From the IMG/VR virus record IMGVR_UViG_3300044738_000031, positions 1-39,133 of that record: a DNA stretch of 39,133 bases; one strand, 5' to 3'. The notes under the pieces were generated by a model. The model worked only from the letters and a program-made list of their open reading frames with translations. It was not told the DNA's origin and searched no databases. A program made the position numbers and the translations under genes. Of this stretch, positions 34,374-39,133 are shown one piece after another. This DNA comes from a virus (lineage: Duplodnaviria > Caudoviricetes). The stretch's first letter is position 1. Every line of letters starts with the position of its first letter.

Positions 34374-34729
34374 GCCCGCTCCCCCTCGCCGATCAGTGCG
34401 ACCAGGGCGGCGAGAGCCTCGGCGGGCGTCTCGCCCCTGCCCTCGGTCGGATCGGTTCGCCCGTCGGGGTCCGTGTCGTACGAGGCGAGCCAGGCTTGCC
34501 CGGTGTCCGCGTAGGCCGCGTCGTGGTCGACGTTCAGGGCGACGCGCTCCATGCCCTCCATCCGCGCCAGCAGCGCCAGCAAGGGATCCAGGGCCTCCAG
34601 CTCGGCCAGGCGGTCGGCGGCCTCCGCAAACCACCTGCCGGTCCATCCCAACCTGTTCGCCTTGGATTCGTCCGCGTGCGCACGGAGGAATGAGACCAGC
34701 GCCTCGGTCGTGGGCTCGGGGGCACTCAC
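34370..34729 (-). CDS. Hypothetical protein
   Basis: GTGA overlaps. Confidence 0.55.
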   Translation of the reverse strand: MSAPEPTTEALVSFLRAHADESKANRLGWTGRWFAEAADRLAELEALDPLLALLARMEGMERVALNVDHDAAYADTGQAWLASYDTDPDGRTDPTEGRGETPAEALAALVALIGEGERA

Positions 34730-35022
34730 CGGCGCTCCAGGTACGCGTCGACCACCGGACATCCGGCAGCGCGGTGCGGATTGTCGGCGTCGCTCGGGAT
34801 GGACTGGAGGGCGACCCGGAGCAGGTCCTCCACCCGCCGACGCTCGTCGAGGGCGTCGTTGTGCTCGTCGCAGATCGCCTGCGCGATCCGCTGGTCGTCG
34901 ACCATCCCGAGCACCACGTCCTCGAGCGCGGGCTCCGCGCCGATCTGGGCGTAGATCGTCCGGCCGAGCTTGCGCCCGACGCGCCAGCGCTTGCTGAGGA
35001 GCCAGCGGACGTCGACGCTCAC
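34726..35022 (-). CDS. Hypothetical protein
   Basis: WRVGRKLGRTIY; GTGA overlaps. Confidence 0.6.
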   Translation of the reverse strand: MSVDVRWLLSKRWRVGRKLGRTIYAQIGAEPALEDVVLGMVDDQRIAQAICDEHNDALDERRRVEDLLRVALQSIPSDADNPHRAAGCPVVDAYLERR

Positions 35023-35294
35023 GACGGGACCTCCGAGATCCCGAGCGCCCCATTCAGCGCGGCGCGCATCCCTTCGGCAACGCCGAGGGCGCGGGACACC
35101 TGGTCCCGGCCCTCGCCGGCGGTGGCGCCGCGCGCTTCGATGAGGAGGTTCGCGATCAGGTCGAGCCCCTCGCCAAGCCCGACCATCAGGTCGAACCGCT
35201 CGGCCGCGCATGCTTCGGCGGCCTCGGCGCGGCCATGCTCCTCGGCAAGAGCCTCGACCGCCCGGCCGGCGATCGAGAGTGGCACCCCGCTCAC
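35019..35294 (-). CDS. Hypothetical protein
   Basis: GTGA overlaps. Confidence 0.55.
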   Translation of the reverse strand: MSGVPLSIAGRAVEALAEEHGRAEAAEACAAERFDLMVGLGEGLDLIANLLIEARGATAGEGRDQVSRALGVAEGMRAALNGALGISEVPS

Positions 35295-35515
35295 GAGGCC
35301 ACCGCCGCGCCGGTCCCGCCGCACGCCTCGCAGACCACCGCCATGAGCCCGAGCGGGCCCGGCTCCCAGATTCGCCGCTGGCCCCAGCACGCGGGGCACG
35401 AGGGCGCCAGCGGCCGCGGAGCCGGCCTGAGCGCGGGCAGCACGTCGTGCTCGGCCACGTAGGCCGCGGAGAGACGCGTCACCGGGAACCGGAGGCGCTC
35501 GTGGGCGGCCATCAC
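35291..35515 (-). CDS. DnaJ-type zinc-finger small protein
   Basis: CPACWG and CEACGGTG. Confidence 0.6.
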   Translation of the reverse strand: MMAAHERLRFPVTRLSAAYVAEHDVLPALRPAPRPLAPSCPACWGQRRIWEPGPLGLMAVVCEACGGTGAAVAS

Positions 35516-35775
35516 ACGAGCCGCCAGCGCTCGGGGTCCTCGGAGTCCTGCTCGACCAGGCCCTTGCGCGCCAGCTGGCCGAGCGCCCGCGCGACGCCGG
35601 CGCCGATCGCCGCCTGACCGTTCTTGCGGGTGTTGCCGTAGCGCTGGCGGCAGAGCTCACCGAGCAGGCTCAGCCGAAGGCCCGCGGGCCGGGCTCTCAG
35701 CAGGATCAGCACCTGGTCGGTCATCGCGACGGTCGAGCCCTTCTCGGGCGCCATGAGCGCTTGCGTGCGCGCCAT
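35512..35775 (-). CDS. Winged-helix-like protein
   Basis: VARALGQLARKGLVE...WRLV. Confidence 0.55.
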   Translation of the reverse strand: MARTQALMAPEKGSTVAMTDQVLILLRARPAGLRLSLLGELCRQRYGNTRKNGQAAIGAGVARALGQLARKGLVEQDSEDPERWRLV

Positions 35776-35933
35776 CAGCCGACCCCGAGGCCGTAGAGCA
35801 CCTGGGCGACGCCGGCGCACACGGCGTCTATGGCGACGACCAGGCCGAGGAGGACGGCAGCCACCACGGCGGCGACCTTCACGGCCATGCCGTTCACCTG
35901 CAGGACGGTCGGCTGGCGCCGGGAGCGCATCAC
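35775..35933 (-). CDS. Small membrane protein
   Basis: Long hydrophobic stretch; overlaps at both ends. Confidence 0.55.
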   Translation of the reverse strand: MMRSRRQPTVLQVNGMAVKVAAVVAAVLLGLVVAIDAVCAGVAQVLYGLGVG

Positions 35934-36151
35934 CCTTCGGTCTCCTCGAGGAGGGTGCGGTGCAGCCGCCACCCCTGGACCTCGAGCTCCACGTCCGGCG
36001 GAACGCCGTCGAAGAAGCGTGACCAGGCCTTCGTCTCGGCCTCGGTGGCACTGGCCGCGTCGACCTCGATCCGGGCGATCATCGGGCTGCTCAGCTCGAC
36101 GACGTAGCGCTGGTTGATGCCCGCGCCGATCAGGCGGACGGGGACGGTCAT
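35930..36151 (-). CDS. Hypothetical protein
   Basis: GAGG RBS; ATGA overlap. Confidence 0.55.
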   Translation of the reverse strand: MTVPVRLIGAGINQRYVVELSSPMIARIEVDAASATEAETKAWSRFFDGVPPDVELEVQGWRLHRTLLEETEG

Positions 36152-36624
36152 CGCGGCACCTCGACGTGCTCTGGCGCGATCACCACCACCTGGTCCGGTC
36201 CCGGGTCGGCGCGGTGGATGAGGGCCTCGGGCGACAGGCCGACCCGTGCCAGCGCGGCGCGGGCGCCGGTGCTCGTCAGCTCGCCGACCTTCGGGTAGTC
36301 GACGACGACCCGCGTCTCCTCGCGCGGGCCCAGGCCGAGCGGCGCCAGGGCCTCGCGGTGCCGCTCGATCTCGTGTGGGATCACGCGGCCCGGCGGCGTG
36401 CGGGCCGGCTTCAGCGCCACGGCCCAACCATCAGCCGCCCACGGCGTCTCGCGCTCGAGCAGCTGCCCCAGGAGGCGGACGACCTCCGGTCGGCGCGCCA
36501 GCGCGCGCTCGAGGTCGACCAGCTCACGGGAGAGCTGGTCCACGAGGGCGGCCGCCTCGTCGGCGTCTCCGGCGAGGTACTCGCCGGTCTCGACGTCGAC
36601 GATCGGGAAGCGGTCTTCGCTCAT
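36148..36624 (-). CDS. Hypothetical protein downstream of recombinase
   Basis: GGAGG RBS; ATGA overlap. Confidence 0.65.
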   Translation of the reverse strand: MSEDRFPIVDVETGEYLAGDADEAAALVDQLSRELVDLERALARRPEVVRLLGQLLERETPWAADGWAVALKPARTPPGRVIPHEIERHREALAPLGLGPREETRVVVDYPKVGELTSTGARAALARVGLSPEALIHRADPGPDQVVVIAPEHVEVPR

Positions 36625-37601
36625 CCCGGGTCCTCGGGCCGGCGCTTGGTGTCCTCCCAGGCCTGGTCGATCACCTGCTGCTCGGGCTCGGCCGCCGGCT
36701 CGGCCTCGGCGACCTCGCCGGTCTTCGCGTCGACCACTTCGCCCTCGAGCGCCTCGCCCTCGGCGTGCTCCGGGCCACGCAGCTCAGCCATCACCGCGGC
36801 GTACTTGGCCTCGTCGTCGAAGCCGGACGGGCGCTCGATGCCGTGGTCGGCCTTGAGCCGGGCCGTCAGCACCTCGAGGTCGATGCCGGCGGTGGCCGCC
36901 GCGGCCCGGACCGCCTCCCAGCGCTCGCGCCACGGCTCCGCCGGCGGCGCGACCAGGCGGCCCTGGACCTCGATGATGTCCGAGGCGTCCATCTCCTCCT
37001 GGGTCACCAGGCCAGAGATCGAGAAGGCCCGGCGCAGCGCCATCGCCTCGGCGACCTTCACGATCATCGCCGAGGGGTACTTGGCCCACGGGCTCCAGCT
37101 CTGGTTCGCCGCCCGGCCGTACTCGGCCCAGGGCGCGAAGAAGAAGGCCGGCAGGTCGCGGTCGCGGCGGTAGACGAGCGCGTAGGCACCGATCAGCGTC
37201 CCCCGCTTGGCCCCGTAGGAGTGCTCGACGTCGAGGCCCTTGCGGGCGAACTGGTCGCCCTCGCGCACAACGTCGGACGTCATGCCGGAGTACGCCGGGT
37301 GACGGTTGGCGATCGCCAGGTAGCCGTCGCGGCTGGTCTGGATCATCGCCGGCTTGGGCTCACCCGACTTGTCGAGCTTGCGCGAGCCGTCGTCGTTCAG
37401 CTCGCAGATGCACCAGATCTCCTTGGCGAACGGGTCGAGCTGGTAGCGGTTGGCCAGCTCGAGGAACATCGCCAGCTCGACGTCGCTCGCGCCGCGGGCG
37501 ACCGTGTCCTTCACGACGCGCAGCTGCTCGGGGCTCATGCGCTCGATGGCGCTGACCGCGCCCTGGGTCTGCGGCCGGCGCTCGAGGGCGGTGGTGCTCA
37601 T
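36621..37601 (-). CDS. bet: Bet/RecT-family single-strand annealing recombinase
   Basis: FLELANRYQLDPFAKEIW, RDGYLAIANR, WAKYPSAMIVKVAEAMALRRAF, EEM. Confidence 0.9.
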   Translation of the reverse strand: MSTTALERRPQTQGAVSAIERMSPEQLRVVKDTVARGASDVELAMFLELANRYQLDPFAKEIWCICELNDDGSRKLDKSGEPKPAMIQTSRDGYLAIANRHPAYSGMTSDVVREGDQFARKGLDVEHSYGAKRGTLIGAYALVYRRDRDLPAFFFAPWAEYGRAANQSWSPWAKYPSAMIVKVAEAMALRRAFSISGLVTQEEMDASDIIEVQGRLVAPPAEPWRERWEAVRAAAATAGIDLEVLTARLKADHGIERPSGFDDEAKYAAVMAELRGPEHAEGEALEGEVVDAKTGEVAEAEPAAEPEQQVIDQAWEDTKRRPEDPG

Positions 37602-37846
37602 CGGTCCTCCGTGGTCGTGATGGTGGCTCCGCTCGCCGGCGGCGCCTCGAGGGGGAGCAACTCGATGCCGACCACGTCGGCGCACCGCCGGCAGCACGGG
37701 ACCTCGACGCCGCCCGGGCCCGCGCCGTAGCCCTCGGCCAGGCGGTCGCACGCCAGGAACCATCGGCAGAGGAGGCCGGCCGACATCCGGGCGCGCCGCT
37801 CGGCCACGTGGGCCGGCCAATTCTGGGCGCCGGCCACCGGCGTCAC
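37598..37846 (-). CDS. Small Cys-rich protein
   Basis: CRWFLAC...CCRRC. Confidence 0.55.
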   Translation of the reverse strand: MTPVAGAQNWPAHVAERRARMSAGLLCRWFLACDRLAEGYGAGPGGVEVPCCRRCADVVGIELLPLEAPPASGATITTTEDR

Positions 37847-38076
37847 GCTGCTTCCTCCACCCCGCCGGCGAGCAGCTGCTCGAGTTGGATCCAGGACCAC
37901 TCGGGTGCGCAGCCGGACGGGTCGGGCGGCGCGCTGATCTCGGCACCGCAGCGGCCACAGGTCCACTCGGCGTCGGGCAGCAGGACCGGCTTGCGCCATG
38001 CGGTCCAGTGGTGCTCGCCGGAGGGCGAGGCCGGGCAAGACGTCCGAAGCACGCCCACACGGGCTCGGGCGGGCAT
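37843..38076 (-). CDS. Small zinc-binding protein
   Basis: CP...HHW...CGRCG. Confidence 0.55.
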   Translation of the reverse strand: MPARARVGVLRTSCPASPSGEHHWTAWRKPVLLPDAEWTCGRCGAEISAPPDPSGCAPEWSWIQLEQLLAGGVEEAA

Positions 38077-38315
38077 CAGGCCGCCTGCCTGACACGACGC
38101 AGGGCCGGCTCGGCGCGAAGCGCTCTCAGCGCCACGTCCAGGCTGCCATGGGGAGCGATGAGCGCATAGGCCGCGCGCAGTAGGCGCGCCTGGACTCGCA
38201 GCTCCTGCTGCTGGCGGACGTTGGAATCGTAGGCCGAGAGCACGCCCTGCTCGGCCTCGGCGAGCGCCAATGCGGCGGCGTCGAGCAGGCCGTCGGCCCG
38301 CGAAGGGGTGGCCAT
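38076..38315 (-). CDS. Hypothetical helical protein
   Basis: RBS-like AGGA; TGATG overlap. Confidence 0.55.
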   Translation of the reverse strand: MATPSRADGLLDAAALALAEAEQGVLSAYDSNVRQQQELRVQARLLRAAYALIAPHGSLDVALRALRAEPALRRVRQAA

Positions 38316-38320
38316 CCTGG

Positions 38321-38638
38321 CTAACCTCCAAGTGTGGCCCCGACGGGGCGCGCTTCACCGGCCAAGGGAAGCGCCTCGTCGGGGCGATCTGTGTTTTCGG
38401 GAGCGCTCTCCGACGCTCCGCTACCGTCGCCCTCGTCATGGACGACGAACAGCGAGTCGAGCGAGACCTGGTAGAGGTCGGCGAGTGCGACGGCGTAGCG
38501 GAGCTGCGGCTCTCGGCCGCTCTCCCAGGCGTAGACGCTGCCCCGATGGACGCCGATTCGGTCGGCGACCGCCTCGGGCCGGAGGCCGGCCTCAAGGCGG
38601 AGGTTCAACGCGATCTGGCCACTCCACTGTCGCGACAT
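38321..38638 (-). CDS. Cro-like XRE HTH protein
   Basis: VADRIGVHRGSVYAWESGREP...ALADLYQVSLDSL; divergent from repressor. Confidence 0.85.
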   Translation of the reverse strand: MSRQWSGQIALNLRLEAGLRPEAVADRIGVHRGSVYAWESGREPQLRYAVALADLYQVSLDSLFVVHDEGDGSGASESAPENTDRPDEALPLAGEARPVGATLGG

Positions 38639-38700
38639 CGCAACAGAGTATTGTCGCGACCTCGCGACACGTCAAGGGCTACTGTCGCGAATATGCGAGA
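38628..38700. promoter_or_regulatory. Immunity switch: three operators and divergent promoters
   Basis: TGTCGCGA-N2-TCGCGACA consensus at 38628-45, 38652-69 (perfect), 38683-700; TACTGT (+, 38680-85); TACTCT (-, 38650-45); TTGACG (-, 38675-70). Confidence 0.85.
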
Positions 38701-39103
38701 GCGAGAGCGTCCGCCGGATGTGTTCTACGAGCGCTTCGGTGCCTTGCTCGAGCAGGCCCAGGAGCGGGGCGTGACCGTGGTCGAGATCGCCCGCGCAACC
38801 GGCATCGACCGCTCGCGCCTGTACCGCTGGAAGGACCGTGTGGACGGGCCATCGGGATCCAGCCTGGCCGGGATCGCCGATTACTTCGGCGTAACGATGG
38901 ACTACCTTTGGGGCCGCTCCGACGAGCCCGGCACCCGGTTCGCTACTGGACCACCTTCAGGAGGGGGGCCCGAGGAGGGCCCGAAGCGCTCATCCGAGCG
39001 AGCTTCGGCAGCGCTCGAAGATTTGGGCGAGGCGGCCCGGCGAGAGCGCGAAGCTCGGCCGCGGCGACGGCGAGGCCAGGGTGAAGAGGATCCGGCTCCG
39101 TGA
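38693..39103 (+). CDS. CI-like immunity repressor (XRE HTH, no peptidase domain)
   Basis: EIARATGIDRSRLYRWK...LAGIADYFGVTMDYLWGRSD, then a low-complexity tail. Confidence 0.88.
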   Translation: MRERERPPDVFYERFGALLEQAQERGVTVVEIARATGIDRSRLYRWKDRVDGPSGSSLAGIADYFGVTMDYLWGRSDEPGTRFATGPPSGGGPEEGPKRSSERASAALEDLGEAARREREARPRRRRGQGEEDPAP

Positions 39104-39119
39104 TGACGGCGAGCGCCCG
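38943..39119 (-). CDS. 3' part of junction-spanning 86-aa protein, antisense to repressor
   Basis: In frame with 84-1; RALAVITEPDPLHPGLAVAAAELRALAG...LLKVVQ, TAG at 38945-38943. Confidence 0.6.
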   Translation of the reverse strand, partial: RALAVITEPDPLHPGLAVAAAELRALAGPPRPNLRALPKLARMSASGPPRAPLLKVVQ

Positions 39120-39133
39120 CTCGGCCGCTGCGG
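39120..39133. repeat. Terminal direct repeat, right copy
   Basis: Identical to 1-14. Confidence 0.9.

Noticed and set aside
25896-38315. Many early proteins end in -AA, like ClpXP degrons
   Set aside because: Explained by the next gene's GGAGG RBS plus GTGA/ATGA overlap, which produces EEAA-type endings.
38270-38692. N-terminal extension of the repressor in the ORF track
   Set aside because: Overlaps cro antisense and the operators; ATG 38693 fits the promoter and domain boundary.

Overview
The window looks like a complete, circularly permuted genome of a temperate siphovirus infecting a very GC-rich actinobacterium (host class is inference). Bases 1-14 equal 39120-39133, and an ORF with a strong RBS reads straight across that join. 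Layout: rightward accessory block (244-4820: membrane protein, lipoprotein, HicAB plus HTH, DUF4177-like protein, TM plus soluble gene pair); leftward lysis, tail, head and packaging genes (4817-25266); a structured non-coding leader (25268-25430); a long leftward early operon (25469-38638: replication initiator and origin, RuvC-like, attP/integrase/excisionase, secreted transglycosylase, Bet-like recombinase, Cro); and a rightward repressor (38693-39103). Main observations: (1) a perfect LexA box upstream of an unannotated 86-aa gene running antisense into the 3' end of a repressor that lacks a self-cleavage domain; (2) an intact attP matching a tRNA 3' end, lying inside the integrase gene and mid-way through the lytic operon; (3) a candidate two-gene defence module; (4) a nested-stem ncRNA candidate ahead of the packaging genes. 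Family assignments come from motif recognition by eye; no searches were run.
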